Below are positions 48,903 through 62,469 of a stretch of DNA of 64,000 bases, in pieces (positions within the stretch are counted from its first letter, which is position 1; every line of letters starts with the position of its first letter). Source of the DNA: Selaginella moellendorffii. Its lineage: Eukaryota > Plantae > Lycopodiophyta. A program made the position numbers and the translations under genes. Location: NCBI RefSeq assembly GCF_000143415.4, contig NW_003314267.1, positions 420,908 through 484,907 on the forward strand. The letters are read 5' to 3'. The notes under the pieces are model-generated. The model was not told the DNA's origin. It worked only from the letters and a program-made list of their open reading frames with translations, and did no database searches.

Positions 48903-49303
48903 TTCCCGATCTAATGCGCTATTCCTGTGCGAAATACCTGGATTGGAGCGATCGCAAGCTAGGAAACCGAAATTTCTAGCGCCGATTGGCCCGATCAGAG
49001 GCGCATTGTATCGAGAGAGATCGCGAGAAGACGATGGAAGGAAATATTTGCAAAATATTTTCTACCCTAGCTAGCCGTTGAGTGGAGTAGCCGTTAGATC
49101 GGACGGTACTTATTAAATTCGCACGCGCAGGAGATGGGAATCGAACCGAAAACGACCGAGTTTGACACTCGTTTGCGCTTTCTTCATGGAATTTACGCTC
49201 TTCATGGAAATAAAACCTGCGAGACAAAGAATTTTATGAGCAAAGAACCAAGAATTTCTCTCTCGAAACAAACCTGGTGAGTGTTGTTTCGATCGTTCGC
49301 TCG

Positions 49304-51298
49304 CTACAATCGCTTCTTCTTCTTCTTGCTCACTTTGTGGAGCTCTTGCGAGTTCTCCATGCAGTGATGGAAGCCAAAATGCGGGAACTTCTCGTACCAA
49401 GTTTCCTGTTCTTCGTGCGTGTCCCAAAACTCTCCACTGCTGCTCGATCCATACTTGTGCACCCAGCCGGTCCCATTGTGCTGCTCGCCCCAAGTCCTGT
49501 TCCATCGGTCACCATTGGTGCCCGCCCACCAAGTCTCGCCCTGCTTCTTGCCGACACCATTCTTATCGAAGCGCTCGTCCCACTTATCACCCCACTTTGT
49601 CCAGCCACCGAAGTCCGATCGCTCGGCCCATTTATCTGTGTATTTCATCGCACCACCTTGTCCATCGAACTCTTCCCCCCACCTGAGAATTACGTTTTTG
49701 ATGGAAGATTGTCACTGCCAAAGTAGAACTTGTTTACGTACCTCTCGTGCCAAACATGACCGTGTCCCGGTTCTAGAGGTGTATTGGGATCGATCACACT
49801 CCATTTGTCGGCCCACTTCTCCGCTCGCCCGGAAGCGTCGTAATGCTCCCACCACTTCTCGTCCCACTGAGCTCCAGTGCCGTTCTTTCCCCACTTCTCC
49901 GCGCTCTTTTCCATATGAAGCAGTCCACTCTTGGCGTCCTGCAAATACTTAGAAAACTTGAGAAGATACAAACTCAAAGCGAACAAACCTGCCATATGGT
50001 CTCTTTCCAAAACTCTCGCCAGACGTTGCCAGAAGCATCACGTCCAGACTTCTCCGATCCAAGCTCCTTGTAATCGAAGTCGTCACAGGCCTCCCAGAAT
50101 TTTTCTTCCCACTCCACGACACCTTCGCTGCTCACGCCTCTGGTAACGCTCCAGCTACAAACCACGCCGTTTCCTCGATCCTCCTCTCCGGTTTCTTTCC
50201 ACCACCTGGAGCCGTCTGGATTAACACCCGTCGTAGACTTCGTTTTGTTCGTCTGGAGATCTTGGTGCACCACCGAGTCGGCAAGCTTGTCTCTCTCTAG
50301 AACAGCAGTGGGAACTTCCGTGATCTGTTTCTTTCTTGTAGCTGCCACATTCTCTTTGATCTCCACCAAGGATTGTAGAGGTGGAAGTGACGGCGCTGCT
50401 CGGCTTTGAAACACTAGCGGAAGCACTGACCTTGCGTTCTCGGTCTCGAAAGGAAGTTCTAGGGTCTGCGCTTCCCGTTCCTTCTCAAGAACAGAGTTAC
50501 TAGCCTGTGTTTCCGACTGAGAAGTCTTGGGTGACAATGCTGCTTTCTCCGATGGATCCTCCACCGGCGATGGTGGTGGTGGCGGCGTCCATGTCCAAAA
50601 ATCTGGACCTGGAGACACAACAGTCGTCGCGGGCTCAGCGGAAGCAACCACAGAGCGACGAGGCAAATCTCCTGGAATGAAAGTTCGATGAGAAATAGAG
50701 AACTATCGTCAACTAAGAACAAGTTGGTTTGTAGTTTACCGAGCTTTTTCGTTCCTTCCCATCCCCGCGCAGCGGCCTCCTCCCATTTCTTCTCCACAAT
50801 CGTCGATGGAGCTCGCGGCCTGCTCGCCAAGAGAGCCTCTGCCGCCGCTAGTGCCGCCGCGGCCCTGTCTATCACCTGGAGCCGATGAACGCGATCGCGC
50901 TCTTCCTGAGGCACATCTAGAAGCCTGGCAAAATCCTTCTCTCTTTGCGACTGGATTTCCCTGTCTTGATCCGGCTGACGATCCTGCTGTACGGTAGACG
51001 CGTTCTGCTGGAGTTGCTCTCGCTCGTACCGCTCCTTGGCATTCTTCCACATGCTAAGATAGGATCGAGCATCGGCATCAGCTCGGCCCTCTGGCGACGA
51101 TTCTTGCGCTGTCGCTTGCGCAACGACGATTCTTCTTCGAAATCCATGGAAAGGATCACCGCAATGGTGAAGCCCGATCACTCTCCCAGCCCTGTATCCC
51201 CCGAAAATCTTCCATTCCCCGCGGCATTCCCGCCGCCTGACGCAGCACTCGGAGATCCCCGCATTGATCGACGACAACACCGGCGCGATCAAGGACAT
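49304..51298 (-). CDS. LESV: LIKE EARLY STARVATION (Trp-rich starch-binding protein), multi-exon
   Basis: Transit-peptide-like N terminus, SYLSMWK, LQVIDRAAAA, PGPDFWTWTPP, and a Trp-rich C-terminal domain (WWKETG, WEEKFWE, WDEKWWE, KQGETWW). Confidence 0.88.
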
Positions 51299-51547
51299 CT
51301 CGCCGGAGTCACTGTAGCTACGCGACCACTCCCTCACTATCCATGGCGCTCCTCCCTGAAAGCCCTAGCCATTCCCATACAGGTGAAAGCCTTTCACAGA
51401 TGCCATCCATCGTCCGATCAAAAGATTCCATGGGACACGTGTAAGCACAAACAAATTCACGTGAAAATGGAGATAACCGACCCCACATTTCTCTCCACCG
51501 TTTTGTTTCAGCTGAAATCGCCCTAGAAGAAGAAAAAAATCCCATTC

Positions 51548-54283
51548 CTACATTCCAGCGCGAGCGCCCAGCCTCGATACTGATAATCGCCGGCAGCGCT
51601 TGAGCATCGTCACGGCCTCTTTGGTTCTTCCCTGCGAGAGCTCGACGTAAACCATCGCTAGAACAGCCATGCTACTCCCGGGAGCGATGGCAAGAGCCTG
51701 GAGCGCGCATTGCCTGGCCTGGAGGAGCTCCCCTTGCATCGCATGAATCGCGGCGAAGTTCACGTAGAGCGACGCGCGAGCTTGGGTTCCCGTGAACCTC
51801 GCGAAGTTCACCTGTTCCTTCAGGTTCCTGGTGCTTCCATCTTCGCCACCACTGCTCGCGTCGCCATTGTTGTGATCACCGTTCTTCTGAGCTGCCGCTG
51901 CTGTGTCCTCCTCTAGGAAATCACCGCTGCTGCTCGTCCAATCCATCATACACTTCTCCAAATGCCCCTCGGCTTCCTTGATCCGGTCCAGCAGGCAGAG
52001 GGCCTCGGCGGCGTAGACGTGCGCGAGAAAGCTGTAAGCCTTCGTGACGTGATGCTGTTGGAGCGCTGCCTCGGCGTTGCTTAGAGCCGCTAGCGGGTTT
52101 TCCAGGCAAAGCTCCACAAAGGCCAGGTCCACTAGCACGCAAACTCTGATCATCGCTGCCTCCAGCTTTTCTTCGGCAGTAAACGAAGCTAACGTCGCGG
52201 CAGCATCTCTTCCTTCCTGTCCCCCGCTGCTTGGTGAAACTTCGGAGTTTCCCATCACCAGAGCCTCAGTCTCAGTACCAGCAGCCAGCTCTTCCGGTTT
52301 TCCATCACGCTCCAGCAGAAGAAACGCGTACTGCAAAAATCTCTTTGCTATCGCCATCGAGAGAGTGATCGGCTTCCCTTCTTTGCCATCCTGAGGAAAA
52401 ACTCCGTCCACGTTGTCTGGCTGAGTGCCACTCACCAGTGATGGATTTGAGCCGCCGGATGGAAGAACCAGCCTTCGAAACTTCCCCTTTCCGACCACCA
52501 CTACTTTCACTTCTTCCTTCCTGGCTGAAACATCTGTGAGCAGCCCCTTCTCCAGCGCTGATATACAACACTCCGCGAGCCGAAGCCAGAATAGTGGCCT
52601 GGTGTAGAACATCGAGTATGATTCTTGCAGCAAACGTGAAGCCATGACGGGATTCCCACTGAGTAGCTGGACCACCCCACAGTTGTAGTAGACTGATAGC
52701 GACTTGTCTTGCGAAAAGGTCGTGAGTTTCAGAGGCCTTTCCTTGCTCATGGATGAGTATCTTTGCAAGGCCTTGGCGAAGAACAGCGCTGCCGTTTGAT
52801 CCTTCCTCAGATAATGGTAAACGCAGCCGAGGTTGGAGAGGATCATAGGAACGACGGCATTCTCGGCACGAGCAATGCAGGTTGTCAAAAGCTTCATGGC
52901 TTTCCGATAGTTGCCACGCAAATACTCCAACTGGGCCTTGAGAAGCAGCGCAGTGATGTTGTCCTTCGACAAGTTCAGAGCTGACTTGACTTCCCGTTTC
53001 ACAGTCTTCAAACAGTGCGTCAGAAGTAGAAACCGCACCCTGTAGAGATGCATCAGCAGCTTAAGCTCCGTCCCGGGAGCCGGATGAGATTTCTCGATCG
53101 CCGGTACCCTAGTCGGTAGGCTTCGAACGCTGTGAGAGCCATCGATTTCCAACCCGATACTAAGAGCATCCTCTTCGAACGTCTCTTCTCCAGAGCCCTG
53201 AGTCAAGGAGGAGCCTTCGCCAATGGGGCTTGTCACGAGAGGAGGTGCAGGGGATGAAGTGATGCCCAGATACTTCCCATCAAGAACAGATGACGCTGCT
53301 AAAGTTGGAGCTACCACAGACAACTGCTGGACATTTGCCGCGTTCTCCAGGCCGGATTGTCCTAGTCCGTAAGATTTTTCTACATAGTGCAGTACGAGCT
53401 GCACAATAAAACCTTGAGAAACAAGCGATAGATCAAACAAACTAACTTACCGCGGCACTCTCAGCCTTTCGAGAGGCTAATGCGATATCCAGCATCAAGA
53501 GACATATTTGTAGTGCACAGCTCTGGAAATCCAACTCAAACGAGAGCAATTTAAACAACTGGGACTTCACCTCATCGACGGGTTCTATGTTCGCAAAAAG
53601 AGGCTCTACCACATGAAAAGCGGAAGCATACTGCTTCAAATGGTAGTAAACAATAGCCTGTGAAAAAAGAAAACGTAAGACGCAACTCCAAAGTATACAT
53701 GAAAAAAAGCTTACAGTATTCAAGGTGGGAATGGAGAGATCGTAATCTTCAATGTAGGATCCTTCTGGAGGGGAGGGCTTGACGATGGTATTCCCAGTAG
53801 TAGAACCATTCGGACTAGCAACGTTGTTCCCAATTCCTTCCAGTTGCTCGTCGGCAGCTCGAGCAAGCTCTTCGCATTTCCTCTGCTAAATCTCTCGGAG
53901 CAAAATCGAAGTAAATTCTCACAAGCACTGCTTCTTACCTTAACCTGTTCCAAAACATCGAGCAGCTTGTAGGGATCTGTGCAGCCATCCCGGTAGAACT
54001 CTGCCAATGCGATATTGTGAATAACCTAGAAACAAAGAGAGATGAGCGCTTCCAGAGATCAATCGTACAGACACGCTACCTTGGGATCACTCTCCTTCTT
54101 GGCGAGAATTTGCTGGAGCAGGCTCAAGCATTCTTGGTAGGATTTCTTCTCGTAGAGAGCCGCCGCTTCCTTCGCTAGCGCCGAGCCCGCATTGGTGCCG
54201 CTCTCATCACCTGGAGAAACCGCTGGCGAAATCCCTGCTTCCCTCTGCGACATCGAAACCTCGCCCTCGCTCTCTCCCTCCAT
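51548..54283 (-). CDS. CNOT10: CCR4-NOT subunit 10, multi-exon
   Basis: DPKV-HNIALAEF, LLLKAQLEYLRGNYRKAMKLL, NLGCV, YNCG, FWLRLAECC and HVYAAEALC motifs. Confidence 0.92.
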
Positions 54284-54408
54284 AGCCCGGGCTTTCTCAA
54301 TCTTCCCCAGCCCTTGAAGCTCCCACAGCCGTCAATTCTATGATTTGTTCCGGGCCGTTGGATCAAAATCTTAAACCTCTGGAAAGGGTTAGGGTTCTTC
54401 CGCGCTTG

Positions 54409-55850
54409 ATGGGATTATTTGCCCGCATTCTCGTGCTTCCTCCTCGGCGATCGCGATCTTGGCACAGGTATGTCCCGGCGCGATACTTCGAATCGATGGG
54501 CGCCAGGCCCTCTGGCGGATTCGGACGGACTTATATCACGAAGGAGCAGAAGATGGCCGAGCTCTTTGGCGGGAGGCGCAAATGCGGCTCCGACGATTCG
54601 TGGAGCCTCAGTCCAGAGGATCAGCCTCGGGCCGCCTTGGGGAGGGATTTCGCAATGCTTCCACCGGGCGATTCACCACAGAGGCGAGAGATGAAAGCGA
54701 TGATCAAAGACCAGATAAAGTCCAAGATCAAGAACAGGCTTCAAAAAGAGCGGCAAGCGTTCTACGATAGGCAGCCCAAGAACGAGGAGGAAAGAATCGA
54801 GCTTAAGATAAAAAGAGTGAGTAGCTCTTGAAGTTTTCGTTTTACACATCTGTCTTGTCTTAGGAATTCCTTCTTTGTGCCAGGCCTACAAGATCATTGG
54901 CTACAAGCAATTGGAGCTTAGGAAGTACAAAATGGAAGAACCGCCGCTGTCCGCCTCGATCCACGATCCAGAAGTCCTGACTGCCGAGCAGCTTCACTAC
55001 TTGAAGAAGATCGGCCAAAAGTCGAAGAACTACGTCCCTGTCGGGAAGCGTGGAGTTTACGGTGGTACCGTCGAAAACATGCATATGCATTGGAAGAGAC
55101 ACCAGACAGTGAGAATGGACTGCCACACTTTCAGCATGGACGAAGTGAAAGAAATCTCGGAAGAACTGGCGAAACTAAGTGGAGGGATCGTTGTGGACAT
55201 CCTCCCGGACAAGACCATCATCTTGTATCGAGGAAGGAACTACGAGCAGCCGAAGAAGCTCATTCCTCCGAACACTCTCACCAAGCGAGCGGTGCGTAAG
55301 TATAGTTCACTCTTTTTCTTTGTCTCGTTTGTCTTTGTCTCGTTTTCGTTTGAAGTTCATCTTGGTTTGCTGGTTTTTCCAGGCTTTGAAGAAGGCAGTG
55401 CTCGAGCAGTCGATCGCTGCCCGGCTGAGATACGTCGACTTTCTAGAGCGCAACCTCAAGCAACTCAGGGAGCAAAAAGAGTACGAGGAGAAGCGAAAAA
55501 TGCAAGCGATCGAGTACAAGGACGAGGCCGTGCGAAGCGTTCCCGTGAGGAAAGTTAAGCCATACTTCAAGGCCGTGGGAGACGCCTACGATTTCGAGGA
55601 CGACAGCGATCCTTGCTCCGAGACCGAGTCGGACGAGATCGACGAGGACGACGAGGAAGGGGCGATTCTCTCCGGCGAGGAAGATCAAAAGTATCTCTAC
55701 GTCGAGGGCGAGAAGCAAAGGAAAGAGTTGAAACACATCCGCGAGTTCCTCCTCCGGCACAGGATGAAGAAGAAGCGCCTGGAATCCAAGCTCCGGAAAC
55801 GAAGAGAGGAGTATGAACGGTTTGGATGGTCCAACCGAGCGTCCACGTAA
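54409..55850 (+). CDS. Single-CRM (CRS1/YhbY) domain organellar RNA-binding protein, 3 exons
   Basis: HDPEVLT..YLKKIGQKSKNYVPVGKRGVYGGTVENMHMHWK..IILYRGRNY..PPNTL, followed by an acidic/basic tail. Alternative start at 54340. Confidence 0.88.
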
Positions 55851-56246
55851 CGCTTGGATCATTCAAACAAGCTTTCACGTGAGGATCATCCAACGGCCCA
55901 GGATTTGGTATCTTTGTCTGGCAGTGCCTGAATCGGACGGTGCTACGCTGCAGATCTTGACCGTTGGAGGTGGTTAAATTGAGGCCGTTGATCTAGCTAG
56001 CTTGTGTGTTTTCTTCTACTCTCGTGTTCTTCGAGAGCGCATTTGCCCTGATTTTCGGTGTTCTTGCATTTTCCCTTGTGCGCCTTGGATCGATCGTAGG
56101 CGCTCGGCGATCGATCCATTTGGATTGTCGGTGTTTTGGTCTTGCGCTGGCGGCAGCAGCAGTGCCGGTAACATTTGCTCTCGTTTTTGCTCTCTCCGAT
56201 CTCTCTCTCTCAGACATTCTTGGCGGTCTCGCGATTCTCTCAGGGC

Positions 56247-56951
56247 ATGATGCAGGAGGAGGTGATCAGCAGCGAGAAAGAGGAGCGGAATAAAGAATTC
56301 AAGGAAGCATTCAGTCTCTTCGACAAAGACGGTGATGGTAACGCGAAATATTTTCCTGTGAATCCACTGGGCTACATTCCTTGATCGCCACTCTAGGTTG
56401 CATTACAACGAGCGAGCTCGCGGTCGTGATGCGCTCCCTGGGCCAGAATCCCTCGGAGCAGGAGCTCCGGGAGATGATCGAAGAGGTCGATGTGGATGGC
56501 AACGGCACCATCGATTTCCAGGAGTTTCTCAATCTCATGGCGAGGAAGATGAAGGTACCAATCTTTTCTACCTCCTTCTCGATGTGATAGCATGCTTTTT
56601 TATGCATTCTCTCGCCTCGCGTGCTGGAAAGAACAAGTGTTTTAAAAGTTCTCTTCCTATCATTCCAGGACACGGACACGGAAGAGGAGCTCAAGGAAGC
56701 CTTCAAAGTCTTCGACAAAGACCGCAACGGACTCATTTCTTGCGCGGAGGTCTGTGAGAGACATGGATTCTTGGTCTTGTTTCTCGTTTCCTTTTTGACT
56801 GACTGGAATTTCTTCCCAGTTGAGGGACGTGATGATCAATCTGGGCGAGAAGCTGACCGACGAGGAGGTAGAAGAGATGATCCGCGAGGCTGACATGGAC
56901 GGCGACGGTCACGTTAACTACGACGAGTTCGTCAAGATGATGGCCAAGTAA
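56247..56951 (+). CDS. CML: Calmodulin-like protein (4 EF-hands), 4 exons
   Basis: [36 protein letters not shown] and [14 protein letters not shown]-hand loops. Confidence 0.95.
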
Positions 56952-57404
56952 GCTAGATAACTCTCAGAGCTCTTATTACTCGCAGGCGCTCTGCGCGACA
57001 AATCGCCCGCATGGGCGTCCTCGGATTTTGGTCTGTAAAGCTCTTTACCCCTCCTGGCAAACTTTCCTGGCTGGGTGTCATGACTTTCCTCCGCTGTGTT
57101 TGGTCCTGCTTTCGCTGTCGAACTTTGACGAACGCGCAGATCTTTGAAATCTCTGGCGAGGGTCAAACGCATTGTTTCGTCGCACCAACCGGCCAATCCA
57201 TTTTCCGTCCTGGAGGTACTTTATTCTTAAATGTTTCGTGATGTCATCGTCCTCTAGGTGGTGCCCCGCTGGAAAGAAAGATCAAATAGTTCCTTAAAGG
57301 TACACTGCAAGATTCTTTTTGCGTTTTATAATCTCTCTTTAGTGATGACTGGCATCAGGCTTGCTGATAGCTTTTCTCTTTTCTCGTGAGAGTTCCAGGT
57401 TGCG

Positions 57405-59216
57405 ATGCTAGCTGAAAGCCACCACCACCACCACCACCAGCAAATTAGAGACCAGCGAAGCTTCGCGATCGAGCTCGCCAGATCGTGCAGCAAGAGCATC
57501 GCGGACGCCACTCAAGCTGTCGTCAAAATCAGCAGCCTCGTGTCACTCGCAGATGATACATTCGTGTCCAACTTAGTGATCCAACTGTACGGCAGGTGTG
57601 GAAGTCCCGAGCACGCCGCCCGCGTGTTTCGCGAGACAACGTCCAAGGACTGCTACACCTGGGTGGCGTTGATCACGGCCTACTCCCAGAATGGAGCCAT
57701 GGATTCCGCGAGAGATCTCTTCGACCGGATGCCCGCAAGGACGCTAGTGTCGTGGACGACGATGCTTAGCGCTAATGCCCAAACCGGGCATCTGGAGGAA
57801 GCCGAGCGGGTGTTCGAATCCATGCCGGAGAAGGACTTGGTGTCTTGTACGGTGATTCTCTCGGCATATGCGAGGAACGCGCGTGCCAAGAACGCGGCTA
57901 GAGTTTTCGGTGAGATGGTGGAGCGGGATTTAATATCGTGGACGATGGTCGTCGTGTCGTATGCTCAAAACGGGTATCTGGAGAGAGCTAAGGAAACGTT
58001 TGATTTAATGCCGGAGAGAGACTTGGCGTCGTGGAACGCGCTTCTCTCCGCGTATGCGCAGAATGGGAACCTTAAAGAGGCCCAGGCGGTGTTTGATTCC
58101 ATGCAAGAGACGGATCTGATCTCGTGGAACTCTCTGTTGTCCGCTTATGCCCAAAACGGGCATCTCTGTTTTTCTGAGAGAATCTTTCTTGGCATGAAGT
58201 ATTGGGATATTGTGTCGTGGAACTCAATGCTTGCCGCGTACGCGCAGAACAACAGGTTAACCGACGCGAGGAGAATCTTTAGCACGATGAAGCAGCGGGA
58301 TTTGGTATCATGGATAACGATGCTGACAGCATATGCCGTCAACGGGCATATAGAAGATTCTGCTAAGCTGTTTCACTCGATGCCCGTGCACAATCTCGTC
58401 TCGTGGAACGCAATGTTGACGGCATATTCCCATAACGGGGATTACCGTCAGGCCCAGCAGCTTATAGATTCCATGCACGTAACAAATATTTTATCGTGGA
58501 ACACTCTTCACGCAGCATATGCCCGAGCTGGGCATCTGGAGGAAGCCAAATGCCTTCTCGATCAAATGAGAGAGTGGGATATAATCTCCTGGGCGACGAT
58601 GCTATCGGCGTTTGGACAGAAAGGATACCTCCAAGAGGCGAGGGATTTATTCGACGCAATGCCAGTTCAGAACGTTATAACTTGGACCACGTTGTTGGCT
58701 TCCTACGTCCAGAATGGTCACTTGGAGATCGCTAAGAAGATCTTCGAGCGAATGCCGGATCACAACTTGGTCGCCTGGAACACGATGCTGTCGGCTTGCA
58801 CTCACGAGAACTTCACGGAATTTGGTGTCGAGCTCTTCCATTCCTGCCAGAACAATGGACTCCTCGTCGATGAGATCTCGCTCATAAACTTCCTCCGGAT
58901 CTGCGGCCACAAGGGCGACGTTCGGGCGGCCTGTTCTTCGTTTGCTTCCATGAGTGCTGACCACCGCTTGAAACCCAGCAAGCAGCACTTCGGGTGTGTG
59001 CTTGACTTGTTTGCTCGCACGGGTCATCTCAAGGACGCGGAGGACCTTCTGCAAAACATGCCTTTCGTGCCGGATGCGCTCGACTGGAAGAATCTGCTCG
59101 GTGCCTGCAGGAATTGCAAAGACACGGATCGAGCAGCACAAGCTACTGACCGTCTCGTCAGCTTGAATCCAAAGAGTCCTGCGTCCTACGTGATGCTGGC
59201 AAACACGTACCTCTAG
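57405..59216 (+). CDS. PPR protein with a long 31-aa SS-motif array and a truncated E domain
   Basis: Tandem DLxSWxxxLxAYAQNG motifs, MPFVPDALDW and ASYVMLANTYL*. Confidence 0.93.
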   Translation: MLAESHHHHHHQQIRDQRSFAIELARSCSKSIADATQAVVKISSLVSLADDTFVSNLVIQLYGRCGSPEHAARVFRETTSKDCYTWVALITAYSQNGAMDSARDLFDRMPARTLVSWTTMLSANAQTGHLEEAERVFESMPEKDLVSCTVILSAYARNARAKNAARVFGEMVERDLISWTMVVVSYAQNGYLERAKETFDLMPERDLASWNALLSAYAQNGNLKEAQAVFDSMQETDLISWNSLLSAYAQNGHLCFSERIFLGMKYWDIVSWNSMLAAYAQNNRLTDARRIFSTMKQRDLVSWITMLTAYAVNGHIEDSAKLFHSMPVHNLVSWNAMLTAYSHNGDYRQAQQLIDSMHVTNILSWNTLHAAYARAGHLEEAKCLLDQMREWDIISWATMLSAFGQKGYLQEARDLFDAMPVQNVITWTTLLASYVQNGHLEIAKKIFERMPDHNLVAWNTMLSACTHENFTEFGVELFHSCQNNGLLVDEISLINFLRICGHKGDVRAACSSFASMSADHRLKPSKQHFGCVLDLFARTGHLKDAEDLLQNMPFVPDALDWKNLLGACRNCKDTDRAAQATDRLVSLNPKSPASYVMLANTYL

Positions 59217-59341
59217 GACCGAGGCATACCATTTGATACAAAACGTGTAGCATTGAGCTAGAAAGTGTTGTACAGAATCGGTCGATTAGAAAGCGTTAGC
59301 TTAGCAAGGAAAAAGAAAGAGAAAATAAAAATGGAGATGGT

Positions 59342-60269
59342 TTACTCATCCTCGGGATCTTCTTCGGCATCCTCAAACCTTGAGTCCTGGACTTCTAACT
59401 GTGAAGCGAAGGAACCATGTTAGACAAGAAAGTCACGGAAATAGATGAAAAATTTTACCCCTTCCATTCCACGCTCCAGATTTTCGCTTGCCATCACTTC
59501 TTCAGCATTGAAGAACCACTCGCCCTCGCCTTCTCGTTCTATGAAACAGAAAACATCGAGTCAGAAACTAAAACAACGAGCATATCACGAAGGGAAAACT
59601 ATACCTCCTTGAGGATCGGGATTCAAGGCAGCACACTCGCAGAGGACCTGGAATATGTTATCCACTACAGTTCGTCGTCAAGGATAACCAGTCTGGTCAC
59701 CATTCATCTACGAGCAACTGGGAGAAAAAAGGATACACACTGCTGGATCCTGTGGCACAAGCCGCATTTCTCGTATTTTGGACAGATTTGCGTCGCCATT
59801 GGCAACTTCATCCTCTTCTTCGTCTTCATCGTCTTCGCAGTACTCGTCGTCACCGTTTTCGATCTAAACTCACGCGGTAATTCATTCGACTCCAAGGAGG
59901 CAAAGTCCCTGAAAACATACCTGGCAGTACACGCAAGGCGAAGGATAAGCTTCCAGGTCCCTGGAGATGGCGTGCATAGACAAGGAAAGAAAATCCACAG
60001 CATAGCCTTTGCTAATGTCGCGATCACTCAGCCACACGAGCCTCCTGTTGGAATCAAATATTTCAAAAGAATTTCAAAAGAGAATGAGGGATCACGAAGA
60101 TTTACCTCGTCGTGATGTAGAGAGTCCCGGATTCTTGAGCATCCGAGTCGCCAAGCACGATTCCCACGAACGGCTGCAGCATCGCGAAGCTCTCGCCCTC
60201 GGCCTCGTCCAGAATCGGCGCGCCATCGCCGCCGCGGTCCGGCACAGCGACGAGACCACCGCTCTTCAT
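59342..60269 (-). CDS. ICln: pICln (methylosome subunit / chloride conductance regulatory protein), 6 exons; not shown in the ORF track
   Basis: Spliced translation: GTLYITTRRLVWLSD..KGYAVDFLSLSMHAISRDLEAYPSPCVYCQI, acidic tract, EMRLVPQDP, LDNIFQVLCECAALNPDP, EWFF, RFEDAEE. Confidence 0.93.
59665..59736 (-). other. U12-type (minor spliceosome) GT-AG intron in pICln
   Basis: 5' splice site GTATCCTTTT; branch motif TCCTTGAC with the A about 13 nt from the 3' AG; no polypyrimidine tract at the 3' end; removal restores the reading frame. Confidence 0.9.
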
Positions 60270-60290
60270 CGATCGAGCGCGATTATAAAG

Positions 60291-60399
60291 AAACCCTGAG
60301 CCCTAAACCCCAAATAGAATATGCTTAGGGATATGCTCAGTGGCGTCCACGTGGACAGAAAACTATCTGGCTATGGCGCTAGGTTTAGGGCTAGGGTTT
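60291..60399. promoter_or_regulatory. Bidirectional promoter: inverted telo-box-like pairs around a palindromic G-box
   Basis: AAACCCTGAGCCCTAAACC (60291-60309), GTCCACGTGGAC (60345-60356) and GGTTTAGGGCTAGGGTTT (60382-60399) lie between the divergent ICln and HAM ATGs. Confidence 0.7.
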
Positions 60400-60422
60400 T
60401 ATCGATGCTGAGGACTTAGGGA

Positions 60423-62469
<2,047 letters not shown>

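Noticed and set aside
38511-56951. DMI1 plus calmodulin-like gene as a symbiotic calcium cluster
   Set aside because: About 15 kb and several unrelated genes apart; calmodulin-like genes are numerous.
57420-57437. His6 run at the PPR N terminus resembling an affinity tag
   Set aside because: Natural CAC microsatellite with no vector context.
59417-60115. 232-aa plus-strand ORF
   Set aside because: Antisense to the spliced pICln gene.
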